64,000 nucleotides of DNA. Source: an uncultured bacterium. GTDB taxonomy: Bacteria > Chloroflexota > UBA5177 > JANWHV01. Positions 10,304 to 19,789 of this stretch are shown here, piece after piece (the first letter of the stretch is position 1; every line of letters begins with the position of its first letter). The stretch lies in contig CAVSOU010000008.1 in the NCBI GenBank assembly GCA_963729625.1, positions 480,001 to 544,000 on the forward strand, in the 5' to 3' direction. The translations under genes and the position numbers were made by a program. The notes below the pieces were generated by a model, which saw only the letters and a program-made list of their open reading frames with translations, had not been told where the DNA came from and ran no database searches.

Positions 10304-11481
10304 GCGGGCAGCCGGAAGCGTATCGCATCACCGTCATCGTGCTGGACGGCGTGGGCTGCGGCGAGGCGCCGGATGCCGCGGCCTACGGCGACGTAGGCGC
10401 GAACTCCATCGGTAATGCGGCGCGTGTTGCCGGAGGCATGCGACTGCCCAACCTCGGTCGCTTGGGCCTGGGGCATCTGACTGACATCCTCGGCGTGCCC
10501 GCCGACCCGTCGCCGGCCGGCGTGTATGGCCGGCTGCAGGAGGCCTCGGCCGGCAAAGACACGGTCACCGGTCACTGGGAATTGATGGGCGTAATCAGCG
10601 ACAAGCCGCAGCCGACGTATCTGCGCGGCTTCCCGCCGGATGTGATTGCGACGTTCGAACGCATCGCGGGCCGGGCCGCGCTGGGCAATAAGGCAGCCTC
10701 GGGCACGGAGATCATTCAGGAGCTGGGCGACGAGCATGTACGCACCGGAAAGCCCATTGTCTACACGTCTTCCGATAGCGTGTTTCAGATCGCTGCTCAC
10801 GAGGATGTCGTTCCTTTGCCGGAGCTGTATCGCATTTGCGCCGAGATGCGCGCGGCCCTTACCGGCCGCCATGCGATGGGCAGGGTGATCGCCCGGCCAT
10901 TTGTCGGCAGCAGCGGCGCCTACGCTCGAGACAACGAGGCGCGTCATGACTGGGCGCTGCGTGCGCCGCAAGACACCGCGCTTGACATCATAGTCGAGGC
11001 CGGCATGCCGGTGCGCGGCGTGGGCAAAATACAGGACATCTTCGCCGGGCGGGGTATCACCTCCAACCAGCACGCGCTGAACAATGCCGGAGCCACCGCG
11101 GAGACGCTGGCCCTGATGCGGCAACCGGAGCATGGCATGATCTTCACGAACCTGATCGAGTTCGACATGGTCTATGGCCATCGCAAGAACTCCCTGGGGT
11201 ACGCGGATGCCCTGGCCGCTTTCGACGCCGCGCTTCCCGAGATTCTGGCGCTGTTGGGACCGCGCGACGCCCTGTTCATCACGGGCGACCACGGCGTCGA
11301 TCCGACCACGCCGGGCACCGATCACACGCGCGAATTCGTGCCCCTGCTGGCCTGCGGCTACCGACTGCCGGCCGGTACGAACATCGGCACTCGCAAGACG
11401 TTCGCCGATCTGGGAGCGACGATCATCGATCTCTTCGGCCTGCCGCCGTTGCATACGGGCGCTAGCTTCGCCGCGCCGTAG
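10300..11481 (+). CDS. deoB: Phosphopentomutase
   Basis: VLDGVG, SAGKDTVTGHWE, YTSSDSVFQIAAHE, RVIARPF, GDHG.DPT, DHTRE; ATGA overlap with upstream gene. Confidence 0.95.
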   Translation: MSGQPEAYRITVIVLDGVGCGEAPDAAAYGDVGANSIGNAARVAGGMRLPNLGRLGLGHLTDILGVPADPSPAGVYGRLQEASAGKDTVTGHWELMGVISDKPQPTYLRGFPPDVIATFERIAGRAALGNKAASGTEIIQELGDEHVRTGKPIVYTSSDSVFQIAAHEDVVPLPELYRICAEMRAALTGRHAMGRVIARPFVGSSGAYARDNEARHDWALRAPQDTALDIIVEAGMPVRGVGKIQDIFAGRGITSNQHALNNAGATAETLALMRQPEHGMIFTNLIEFDMVYGHRKNSLGYADALAAFDAALPEILALLGPRDALFITGDHGVDPTTPGTDHTREFVPLLACGYRLPAGTNIGTRKTFADLGATIIDLFGLPPLHTGASFAAP

Positions 11482-11643
11482 TTGGTGCATCCGGCACGTT
11501 CGCGCCACATGCGCGACTCCGGCGTTGCTGAGAGTCAGGTAGCACCGCGACAAAACGGGCGATTCCCCCTTGCCACTCGCGCGATCCTGAGCCCGATCCT
11601 TTGCCCGTAGTCCCATTGTCATGCGCCGTGGCCTGAAGCTACA

Positions 11644-11701
11644 TACCGAGCGGCTACCGAACATCTACCGAAAGGGGTCCTGCGAGCGCCCACGGTACGA
11701 T
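11644..11701 (+). promoter_or_regulatory. Triple direct repeat TACCGA-N5 followed by -10-like TACGAT
   Basis: TACCGA at 11644, 11655, 11666 (11-bp period); TACGAT at 11696. Confidence 0.45.
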
Positions 11702-11891
11702 GGGAATATGGTTACACCGTGGCCCTCCTCGCCGATGCCCCGCACCTCAGCCCCGCCCAGCGCGCCGGAGCGCGTTTGCCTGCGCGCGGACCATCTCGAG
11801 TACCTGCTGCTTGCTAGCCGGTGACAGCATGTGTCGTCTCCCTTCAAGGCAACAAATAGGCGGAACGGCGAGCTTCCATGCCCGAGACGCG

Positions 11892-12545
11892 TCATGTGTT
11901 GAGCGTGACGAAATAGCGATGCGGCCAGAAGACGCCGGAAGGAAGCGACTGCACGGGAACGATGGCGCCGAAATCTGGGGAAGCCGGATCGAGATCGAGG
12001 CGTTCAATCAGCCGAACAAGGCCGGTAACAGGGAAGTCGGGCGCATGGTCGTCCAGCAGCGGAAAACTGCTCGTATCGCCGACTGCAAAGGCAGCTTCCT
12101 GCAGTTCCAGCACGCCGCTCAGCATGTCCTCCACATGCGGAGCGCGCGCTAGCCGCCACGCATCGACGCCAACCGGCGCAGTGGCCGGCGCCACGTCGAT
12201 GTGATCCCACCGCCTGACGGTCAGCACGAGGCAGATCGGCACACCGCACTCGAGCCGGATGACCGCTTGGTCTCGGCGTTCAGGGCCACTGCCGCGATGC
12301 ACACGCAACTCACCAATCGTGCCGCAAATGGCAGTGGAGAGAGCGGTAACGCGTCTTAACGCGGGAACCATTCCCGGCATGGCCAGGGCCAGGTCGGGGA
12401 GCAGTAAACGTCCACCATGCTGGGCAGGGCTGTGGTCCACGAATGCGTAGAGTTGCGCCCGCGCCGTCGCTCCGACCACCAGCGGCCAGGGACCAACTTC
12501 CTCCAGATAGCGGTCCGACAGTTCGAAGCAGACATCCACCGGCAT
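11892..12545 (-). CDS. Hypothetical protein
   Basis: About 217-codon ORF with AAGGA RBS and protein-like composition; no family recognised. Confidence 0.55.
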   Translation of the reverse strand: MPVDVCFELSDRYLEEVGPWPLVVGATARAQLYAFVDHSPAQHGGRLLLPDLALAMPGMVPALRRVTALSTAICGTIGELRVHRGSGPERRDQAVIRLECGVPICLVLTVRRWDHIDVAPATAPVGVDAWRLARAPHVEDMLSGVLELQEAAFAVGDTSSFPLLDDHAPDFPVTGLVRLIERLDLDPASPDFGAIVPVQSLPSGVFWPHRYFVTLNT

Positions 12546-12621
12546 GCACATCCTTACTGCTGCGCGGGCCGTGCATCGCGCACGGCGCAACGGTGTCAGC
12601 ATAGAGGTCGCCTCACGACGG

Positions 12622-12996
12622 CTAGTTCGAGCTGGGCTGCGTCGACGTCCCGTTTGCTTCGGGCTCGGCAGTGAGCGTGACCCCACGCTGCTTGCCGATC
12701 TTCAGCACGCTCGCGGCGCCGCCGATACTCAGGATGCTGCCCGAGCCTCCAATACTCAGGATGCTGCCGGCGCTGCCGATCGAGAGAACGCTGCCCGCGC
12801 TGCCGATACTGAGCAGGCTGCCTGCACTGGCAATACTGAGCATGCTCCCAACACTGAGAAGGCTGTCGACACTCAGGAAGCTGAGAAGGCTGCCGAAGCT
12901 GGCAATGCACAGAAGACTGCGGCGGGAGGCGATGCCGCGACGCCCGTGTCGTCGGCCCATGTCGCTCTGCGCGGTGGAAGGCTGCGCGTCGTCCAT
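12622..12996 (-). CDS. Small protein with 9-aa Ser-rich tandem repeats (SxLSIGSxG)
   Basis: AGAGGA RBS; repeat units differ by synonymous changes in this frame (AGT/TCG Ser, CTG/CTC Leu, ATC/ATT Ile). Confidence 0.7.
   Translation of the reverse strand: MDDAQPSTAQSDMGRRHGRRGIASRRSLLCIASFGSLLSFLSVDSLLSVGSMLSIASAGSLLSIGSAGSVLSIGSAGSILSIGGSGSILSIGGAASVLKIGKQRGVTLTAEPEANGTSTQPSSN
12694..12920. repeat. Degenerate 27-bp tandem repeat (coding)
   Basis: Units such as GCCGATACTCAGGATGCTGCCCGAGCC repeated about 5-8 times with divergence. Confidence 0.8.
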
Positions 12997-13132
12997 TACA
13001 GGTCCTCTCTGAACTGCTGAAGATCACAACGGTCCGGTTGAACACCAGTACCTATGAACATGACCACGTAGCCCGCGGATGATCCCGGTTCATACTCAGA
13101 GATTCAGCGACGTCGTGCGGGCGGGCGTTATC

Positions 13133-13783
13133 TCAGCCGCGGTAACGTATCTCGTAGGCGCACACATGCCCGGATGTGACCTGATGTGCCACGCGCACGA
13201 CGTCCGCTTCCGGCAAGGCCGCCTGGAGAAATCCCAGCTCGCTGGCGCACGCATAGCTATAACGATTCGCCACGCTCAGCACTGTGCAGTTGTGTTCGAT
13301 GATCATGAACACGTCGTCCGCGATTTGGCGAAATTCCGCCAAGCTGCCGTCGTCGTCGAGCTGTTGCGCAATCGCGCGTACCCGTGCGTCAAACGGCAGG
13401 CCCGCGGTACGTGCCTGGGCCTGCTGCAAGCGCCGCTGGCCTCGTCGCTCGAAGATCTTGCCCACAAGATCCGGATCCTCGTCGCCGACGTACTGGAGCA
13501 GCTCGTTGGTCAGCTCGGCGTAGGTGCGCGGAAAGAGCGCGTCACCGGCGGTCGTCAGGCTATAGAGATGCTTGGGACGCCCGGGGCCATCGCGCATCTC
13601 ACGATGGACGATCAGTCCATCGCGCTCCAGGGCCATCAGATGCTGGCGTGCGCCGCTCACGGTGATGTCCGCGGCCATGGCTATGGTCTCTGCCCGGGCT
13701 TCGCCCTGCCGTTTGAGATGGTTAAGAATAGCCCGTCGAGTTTCAGGAAGGCTTGAAAGACCAAAGCGAGCTAGCGCGTTCAT
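13133..13783 (-). CDS. SufR-like ArsR/HTH transcriptional regulator
   Basis: N-terminal wHTH (RQHL..LERDGL..GPGRP..YSLT..G..LFP..Y) and C-terminal HNC...C..E...C motif. Confidence 0.8.
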   Translation of the reverse strand: MNALARFGLSSLPETRRAILNHLKRQGEARAETIAMAADITVSGARQHLMALERDGLIVHREMRDGPGRPKHLYSLTTAGDALFPRTYAELTNELLQYVGDEDPDLVGKIFERRGQRRLQQAQARTAGLPFDARVRAIAQQLDDDGSLAEFRQIADDVFMIIEHNCTVLSVANRYSYACASELGFLQAALPEADVVRVAHQVTSGHVCAYEIRYRG

Positions 13784-14161
13784 ACGACACCCCATTTACA
13801 TCATATGGCCTTGTCGGCACGCACCGGAGCCCGCAAATGCGCCGGACCGGCCGGAGGTTCTGATTCTCCCTATTGTGCTGCTGGCAGCCTTGCGAATACA
13901 GAGTACACCATTGTTCGGCGGTTTGTTTGTAGAAATGTAGCAATATAGCCACATTGATGAGACCAAAATCGTACAACCTGGCTCATGTGCTGCTCTGCCC
14001 GGCGATCCTTGGTGCTCCCGCCAGTTTCGCGCCCACCGTTGGGACGTACACATACGGTGTTACTGGTCCGCAGGATCAACCGATCCACCCACGAAAGGCC
14101 AGCACGCGCCGTGGCCGGGTTGCGGCGCGACGAGCGGGCCACTCGGGTAGTATGGGCCGCG

Positions 14162-14992
14162 CTAAAGAGACGTGCTCAGCAGCATCGGCGCCGAAGGGGC
14201 GGTCAACGTGCGATCCATCGGCTCCAGCGTGATTTCCATCATCTTTGCATTATGTGGATCCATGCTCTTGTCCATGACAAACATGGCCAAGCCGCTCGCG
14301 TCCGGCTTCAGGGGCCCGTAGAATGTCCACAGGCCATCACGTTGAATCCAACAGGTGTAGCCCCTGTTGTCGGGCGGCTTACTCATGCCCGAAAGAATCA
14401 TCAACCCGCCACTGCCGTTCTTGGGCACGATCACTTCACCAATCATGCCCTGGCGTGTGGCGGGACCTTTCAACGGCATCGCCACGTGGGGCGAGACGAG
14501 CGCCTGTTCCAGCAAGTGTGATTGCTGGACGTTGTACCGATTCTTCATATCCGCGTACTGATGGTTCATGTTGATCCACGCGCCGGCAAAGAGTGCTGCG
14601 AGGAGCGTGGGGATAGCAACCGCCGCCGCCAGAATCCCGCGCATCATGGGCAAGCGACCAACCGTACCGCCCCGCGCAAAGCGCGATCGCGGCTCAAGCG
14701 GCCTCATGGCTGGTTCAATAGCCGGCGCCGCGCGTTCCGGTACGGCATCCCCGACAGAAGGCTGCATCTCCAGGGCAACACGGGCCAGAAACTGCGTGCG
14801 CAGGTCAGGCTTGGGCGCCACAGCAGCACAGTCCTGACCAAAGGTCGCGTGCAGACAGTCGGCCACGCTTGCTGCTTCCTGTCTGCAGCCGGCGCAGCGC
14901 GCCAAATGCGAGATGATCTCCACACGCTCAGACGGATCCAGCGCATCCATGCAATACGCGGCCAGCATTTCCACACAGTGTTTCTCGCTCAT
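14162..14992 (-). CDS. Zinc-finger anti-sigma factor (RskA-like)
   Basis: H..HLARCAGC ZAS motif, one TM helix, C-terminal ITLEP...PS.P RskA domain. Confidence 0.85.
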   Translation of the reverse strand: MSEKHCVEMLAAYCMDALDPSERVEIISHLARCAGCRQEAASVADCLHATFGQDCAAVAPKPDLRTQFLARVALEMQPSVGDAVPERAAPAIEPAMRPLEPRSRFARGGTVGRLPMMRGILAAAVAIPTLLAALFAGAWINMNHQYADMKNRYNVQQSHLLEQALVSPHVAMPLKGPATRQGMIGEVIVPKNGSGGLMILSGMSKPPDNRGYTCWIQRDGLWTFYGPLKPDASGLAMFVMDKSMDPHNAKMMEITLEPMDRTLTAPSAPMLLSTSL

Positions 14993-15570
14993 TCCGGCAC
15001 CTGGTCCAGATCGCGCAGGATCTCTCGTAGTTTCTGGGTGGCCAGTCGCATTCGCGTCTTCACGGTGCCGAGCGGGTCGCCAAGTTGCTCGGAAATCTCA
15101 GCCTGTGTCAACCCCGAATAGTACGCCAATTCCATAACACGACGTTGGGGTGGAGGCAACGCATCCAGCGCGTGGTGAATCTCAGCCCGTCGCACGCCCC
15201 TCACCACTTCCTCCTCAGGGCTGTCCGTATCCGTCGCCGCGACCTGGGCCAGTTGCTCCTCCGGATCCCCGGCTGTTCGTTGCGGCCTCACGCCACGGCG
15301 ACGCAGCTCGTCGACGGCAAGGTTCCGTGCAATGCCGAGTAACCAGCTCGATAGTCGGCCCAGTGAGGGCTGGTACGTTGCTGCCTGACGCCATGCGCGC
15401 AGAAACACCTCTTGAGCCAGTTCTTCCGTGCTCTCGCGATCGCCAAGCATACGCAGACCGAGTGAAAAGACGAGACTGCTGTAGCGATCGTAAAGCGCCG
15501 CGATTGCATGACCATCCCCGCGCCGGACTCCATCCATCAATGCCTCGTCCGGCGCCTCTTCATACTGCAC
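14989..15570 (-). CDS. ECF RNA polymerase sigma factor (SigK-like)
   Basis: LYDRYS..AQEVFLRAW..WLLGIARNLAVDELRR; YYSGLTQAEIS..PLGTVKTRMR. Confidence 0.92.
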   Translation of the reverse strand: MQYEEAPDEALMDGVRRGDGHAIAALYDRYSSLVFSLGLRMLGDRESTEELAQEVFLRAWRQAATYQPSLGRLSSWLLGIARNLAVDELRRRGVRPQRTAGDPEEQLAQVAATDTDSPEEEVVRGVRRAEIHHALDALPPPQRRVMELAYYSGLTQAEISEQLGDPLGTVKTRMRLATQKLREILRDLDQVPE

Positions 15571-15631
15571 GGATATCGACCTTACGGGCAGCGCCGGTTA
15601 GGCGGAGCCTGCCCACCCGCTACCTTAGTAC

Positions 15632-15657
15632 TACGAAAGAATGCCGATTGTGGATTC
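15632..15657 (-). promoter_or_regulatory. Putative ECF autoregulatory promoter
   Basis: GAATCC-N16-CGTA about 60 bp upstream of the ECF sigma start, resembling SigK-type ATCC/CGTA promoters. Confidence 0.5.
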
Positions 15658-15749
15658 AGCCGGACCGGTACCATAGTGGAGCTTGTACGCCGGCCTCTCC
15701 CGCTCATTATAGGCCGAAGCCGCTCAGTCGAGCGACCGCGATGTGGGTT

Positions 15750-16667
15750 ATGAATCACCCTGAATACACTGCACGCGACCCGTTAATCTGCCCATATTGC
15801 GCCGAACCGCTTGCCCGCGACGCGGGCGCTTTCCGTTGTGGACATGGCCACTCCTTCGACATTGCCCGCGACGGACACGCGCACCTGCGGAGAACTCGGA
15901 ACAGCGGGGACAGCGCGGAGATGCTGCGCGCGCGTCGAGCATTTCTCGATCGGGGCCACTATGCACCGCTGGCCACGACGGTATCGCGGGCAGTCGAGGG
16001 CTACCTCAGGAGTACGCCTGCGCCGGCAGCCGCTCCGCACCGGCACGCCGGCGGTGAATGGGAGACAGTCCATATCCTGGATTCCGGCTGTGGCGAGGGG
16101 TATTATCTGGAGCAGCTGCGGACGCATCTGGCGGATACCATGCCGGAGAAGCGATACCGCCTTTGGGGCGTCGACAGCTCGCCGGATGCAGCGCGCATGA
16201 CCGCCAGACGCTGCCGCGACGCCACCGTCGTGGTGGCAGACTGCAAAGATGCGCTTCCGTTCGCCACGGGCTCTCTCGACGTCCTTATCACCATCTTCGC
16301 GCCGCGAAATCCTGCCGAGTTCGCGCGCGTGCTCGTGCCGGGCGGCCTGCTGCTTATCGTGGTGCCCGATGACGATCACCTGGCCGAGGTGCGCGAGCGC
16401 GTACGCCTTATCGGCATCGAGGAGCAGAAGGTGCGGCACGTGCTCGGCAGTCTGACCGGCTTCTTCTCTACGCTCGAGGTGTCCGCGCTGAAGATCGCGC
16501 TCGAGCTCTCGCCAGAAGATCTGTCACACCTGGTCACGATGTCGCCCAGCCATCGTCACCAGCCCGAGCGCGGCCAGACGGCGCCGCGCCCGGAGGAGCG
16601 GTATCACGCCACCGGCTCGTTCAGGATTGTGAGCTGCCTGGCGAGCGTGGCGGTGGATTGCCGATAG
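15750..16667 (+). CDS. RlmA-like SAM-dependent rRNA methyltransferase
   Basis: CPYC..C..GHSFDIARDG zinc finger, GDS.EM..ARR.FL..GHY, LDSGCGEGYY, FAPRN..EF.RVL. Confidence 0.85.
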   Translation: MNHPEYTARDPLICPYCAEPLARDAGAFRCGHGHSFDIARDGHAHLRRTRNSGDSAEMLRARRAFLDRGHYAPLATTVSRAVEGYLRSTPAPAAAPHRHAGGEWETVHILDSGCGEGYYLEQLRTHLADTMPEKRYRLWGVDSSPDAARMTARRCRDATVVVADCKDALPFATGSLDVLITIFAPRNPAEFARVLVPGGLLLIVVPDDDHLAEVRERVRLIGIEEQKVRHVLGSLTGFFSTLEVSALKIALELSPEDLSHLVTMSPSHRHQPERGQTAPRPEERYHATGSFRIVSCLASVAVDCR

Positions 16668-17412
16668 TCACAGGAATACCTGCTTCCTGGAAGATGCCGG
16701 CGTTCGCATTGACCGCCCGCGCCTCGTCAAATGGCGGCTGGAACTCCAGGCCCAGCGGCGCATACTTCCCACCGGCAGCCCGGTTGTAGGACAAGAGATC
16801 GACGCGCTCCACGTTTGGCAGTATCCGCACGATAGCCGCGATTGCGCGCAGGTTCTCCTCCGAATCGGTCACGCCTGGCACTAACGGGACTCGGATCACG
16901 ACGGGAATTCCCAGCGTTGGCGTGAGGCGCAGGTTGCGCAGAATCCTCTCGTTGCTCACGCCCGTATAGCGGCGGTGCAACCCCGTATCGGCTAGCTTCA
17001 GGTCAAAGTAGATGAGGTTGCACCGCCGCGCCACCCGCGAGAAGCTCTGCGCCCCCGCGTATCCCGACGTGTCGAGCACGACGTGCATGCTCTGCAGCCG
17101 ATCGAGTACAGCTTCCAGAAAACGGGCCTGCGCAAGCGGTTCACCACCGGAGAACGTGACACCGCCCTCATTCCACGCCAGAATCTCGGCCTGACTATTC
17201 AGAAGCGCGGCGAGCTGCTCGTCGCTGTAGACGCGCCCGACCGTCCGCGTTCCCGTCGCCGTGCGCATCACCTGGGGCTTGTGGCTCATGCACTCGGGGT
17301 TATGGCACCACACGCACCGCAAGGGGCAGCCCTTCAGGAACACGGTGGTCCGGATACCCGGACCGTCGTGCACCGTGAACTCGCGAATGTCGGCGACCAT
17401 CCCGTGCGCCAT
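16621..17412 (-). CDS. Glycyl-radical enzyme activating protein (radical SAM)
   Basis: HDGPGIRTTVFLKGCPLRCVWCHNPE, GGVTFSGGEP; no ferredoxin insert. Confidence 0.93.
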   Translation of the reverse strand: MAHGMVADIREFTVHDGPGIRTTVFLKGCPLRCVWCHNPECMSHKPQVMRTATGTRTVGRVYSDEQLAALLNSQAEILAWNEGGVTFSGGEPLAQARFLEAVLDRLQSMHVVLDTSGYAGAQSFSRVARRCNLIYFDLKLADTGLHRRYTGVSNERILRNLRLTPTLGIPVVIRVPLVPGVTDSEENLRAIAAIVRILPNVERVDLLSYNRAAGGKYAPLGLEFQPPFDEARAVNANAGIFQEAGIPVTIGNPPPRSPGSSQS

Positions 17413-17418
17413 CAGAGA

Positions 17419-19587
17419 TCACACCTGGTACTGGTGGCGGGCGATCACGTGGTCCTGGTACTCGGGCGCCAGCTCACAGAAGTAGCCGCTCCAGCCCCAC
17501 ACCCGCACGATCAGGTTGCGGTGCCGCTCGGGATGCGCTTTGGCGTCGAGCAGCGTCTCCAGGTTGAGCGTGTTGAGCTGCAGCTGCTGGCAGCCCAACT
17601 TGGCAAACGTGCGCACCAGCATCGCGCACTTGCTGCGCGCGTCTGGGTCGCGGAACGAGAGGTCCGATAGCTCCATGGTGATCGGTCCCCCGTTCATGAT
17701 TCGCTGGTAGTCGATGCGGCTGAACGCCTGCAGCACGCTGATCGGCCCGCGCACCGTTACGTTGGGTGACGGGGCCAGGTTGGCGCTGAACAGATCGCCC
17801 GTTCTCCGCCCGTCCGCGGTGGCGCCGATCGGCGGTGTGGCATCGCCCGGCTTGCCACGCGCCAGCCACACGTAGTACATCGCCGAGCCCGTGCCGGGCC
17901 GGATCCGCCCGCCTCGCCCGTTGTCGGCAATGCCCTCGCAGGCCTCCGCCACGTACTCGAGCAGACGCACCATCAGGTCGTTCGCCCGCCCGTCGCTGCA
18001 GACCTTGGGCGCCTCCTCCACGAGCTGTGTGCGCAGGTCCTCGAATCCGGCGAAGTCCTGCTCGAGCGCCGCGAGCAGCTCGGTCGCCCCTACCGTGCCC
18101 GTGTCGAACACCACGTGCTGCACGGCGGCCAAAGCATCCGCCGCGTTGGCCGCAGCCGCCGCGTGCAGGCCGAAGTTGTTGTACTTCAAGCCGCGCGAGA
18201 GGTCCCGTCCGGTCGCCAGGCAGCCGTCCATCAAGACGGAATAGAAGGGTGCCGGCGGCAGATAGAGCCGTCGATACGCGTCGACCAGGTCATGCACCTG
18301 CGCGGCAATCTCCTCCTTCGTGCGCTCCAGGATCCACGCGAAGGTCTGTCCGCCGGCAAGCCCCTGCCGGATGGCCCGGTCGGCGGCGAGCGGCAGCGAG
18401 ACGGCGCCGATGTTCACCACCTCCATGCCCTGGCCCGGCATGATGAACTCCCAGCAGGCAGCCACCGTGTAGTCACGCGCGTCCTCCAGGTCGTAGCCGT
18501 GCTCGGCCAGGGCGGGAATCACCACTGCGTCGTTGGAGTACTGCGGAAAGCCCAAACCCTGGCGCGTCAGCTCGGTGGCCAGCACCAGCAGCTGCAGGTC
18601 GGTATCGGGCGCGATGCGCAGGTTGATCTTGGGGTCGATCATGCTCGTGTAGAGCGCCACGCGCAGCACCATGCGGGTCAGCTCGTTCACGCCCTCGCTC
18701 CCGTCGCGCCTGACCCCGCCCAACACCATGGTCTGGCCGTTGTCGCCCTGCTGCACGCCCGGGTAGAGGTCGCTGTCCTTGTTGAGCTGGATGAAGAACT
18801 CGGCGAGTAGCTCCTCCGCATCGGCGATGCTCAGCCGTCCGGTATCCAGGTCACGTGCCAGATAGGGCCACATGTACTGGTCGAAGCGGCCAAGTCCCAC
18901 GTGGTAATGGCCTTCGAGCCACACCGTGGCATGCAGAAACCGCAACGCCTGCAGCGCCTCGCGGAAGGACCGCGGCGCTCGGGCCGGCACCTGGTCCAGC
19001 ACAGCCGCCACGTCGTCGCGCCCCAGCGCGCGTGCCGCCGCCGCGTAGCGCGTCGCCAGGTCGAGCACGGCGTCGATAGTCTGCATCGCACACGTCAAGA
19101 ACTCGCGAGCCTCGGCATCCTCCGTTTGCGCGAGCGTCGCCTCCGCGCGCTGACGGCGGGCGAGCAGGCCCTCCGAGATCACAGCCGCCCAGCCGGCGCA
19201 GATGTTGCTGATCGGGCCAAGCTCGTGCAACGTGCGACCCGCGGTGAGCGCGCGCCATGCCGCGTCATCGTACACTGGCGGCAAGTGGGTCGTGGTGCGC
19301 GTGAAGACGATACGCTCGTCCGGCAGGATCACAGGCTGCTCAAGCTCGAGGACCCGGCAGAACGCAGTGGCGATGCGGCTCGGCCAGGGCAGCGCTGGGT
19401 CGAGGTCGCAGAGCAGCTCCGGCGTCTCCAGGCGTCGCCACCGCTTTTGTTCTCCAGCCCGGAGGAACGCCTTGAGGCGGTCCAGGCGCTCGGTGCGAAA
19501 ACAGACACGCATTTCCGGGAGATCAGTGCTGGACGGAGCAACGGCGGATGCCGTGCCCGCATCGTTAGTCGCGGTCGACGCCTGCAT
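17419..19587 (-). CDS. Glycyl-radical enzyme (PFL superfamily, not canonical PFL)
   Basis: GRFDQY, Cys loop VAACWE, ATADGR, QLQLN, Gly loop IVRVWGWSGYF; start 19587 or 19617. Confidence 0.9.
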   Translation of the reverse strand: MQASTATNDAGTASAVAPSSTDLPEMRVCFRTERLDRLKAFLRAGEQKRWRRLETPELLCDLDPALPWPSRIATAFCRVLELEQPVILPDERIVFTRTTTHLPPVYDDAAWRALTAGRTLHELGPISNICAGWAAVISEGLLARRQRAEATLAQTEDAEAREFLTCAMQTIDAVLDLATRYAAAARALGRDDVAAVLDQVPARAPRSFREALQALRFLHATVWLEGHYHVGLGRFDQYMWPYLARDLDTGRLSIADAEELLAEFFIQLNKDSDLYPGVQQGDNGQTMVLGGVRRDGSEGVNELTRMVLRVALYTSMIDPKINLRIAPDTDLQLLVLATELTRQGLGFPQYSNDAVVIPALAEHGYDLEDARDYTVAACWEFIMPGQGMEVVNIGAVSLPLAADRAIRQGLAGGQTFAWILERTKEEIAAQVHDLVDAYRRLYLPPAPFYSVLMDGCLATGRDLSRGLKYNNFGLHAAAAANAADALAAVQHVVFDTGTVGATELLAALEQDFAGFEDLRTQLVEEAPKVCSDGRANDLMVRLLEYVAEACEGIADNGRGGRIRPGTGSAMYYVWLARGKPGDATPPIGATADGRRTGDLFSANLAPSPNVTVRGPISVLQAFSRIDYQRIMNGGPITMELSDLSFRDPDARSKCAMLVRTFAKLGCQQLQLNTLNLETLLDAKAHPERHRNLIVRVWGWSGYFCELAPEYQDHVIARHQYQV

Positions 19588-19789
19588 GTCCCGACCAGCC
19601 TGCTGTAAGCCTTCCATCCTGCTTGCTCTCTTCTCTACTCTTACCTTACGGCAAGACCGGTGGTCATTATGGCGGCCGTGATACGTCGCTGGAGGATAAC
19701 GTAGAAGATCAGGGACGGAGCTGCAACAAGGGCCGCTGCAGCCATCAGCAGGCCGAGGGTCTGATTCGGCGCGAAGTTGAGGGAAGTAC

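Noticed and set aside
9943-11664. 573-aa minus-strand ORF (and similar long antisense ORFs at 27038-28561 and 20732-21865)
   Set aside because: Antisense shadows of well-supported genes in high-GC DNA
12694-12920. 27-bp repeats as a CRISPR array
   Set aside because: Units are contiguous and degenerate with no unique spacers, vary synonymously in one reading frame, and no cas genes are present
15150-15749. N-terminal half of the 505-aa RlmA ORF
   Set aside because: Antisense to the ECF sigma gene; RlmA similarity starts at about 15750
17419-19587. Annotation as pyruvate formate-lyase (pflB)
   Set aside because: Lacks the adjacent Cys-Cys pair and the RVSGY loop
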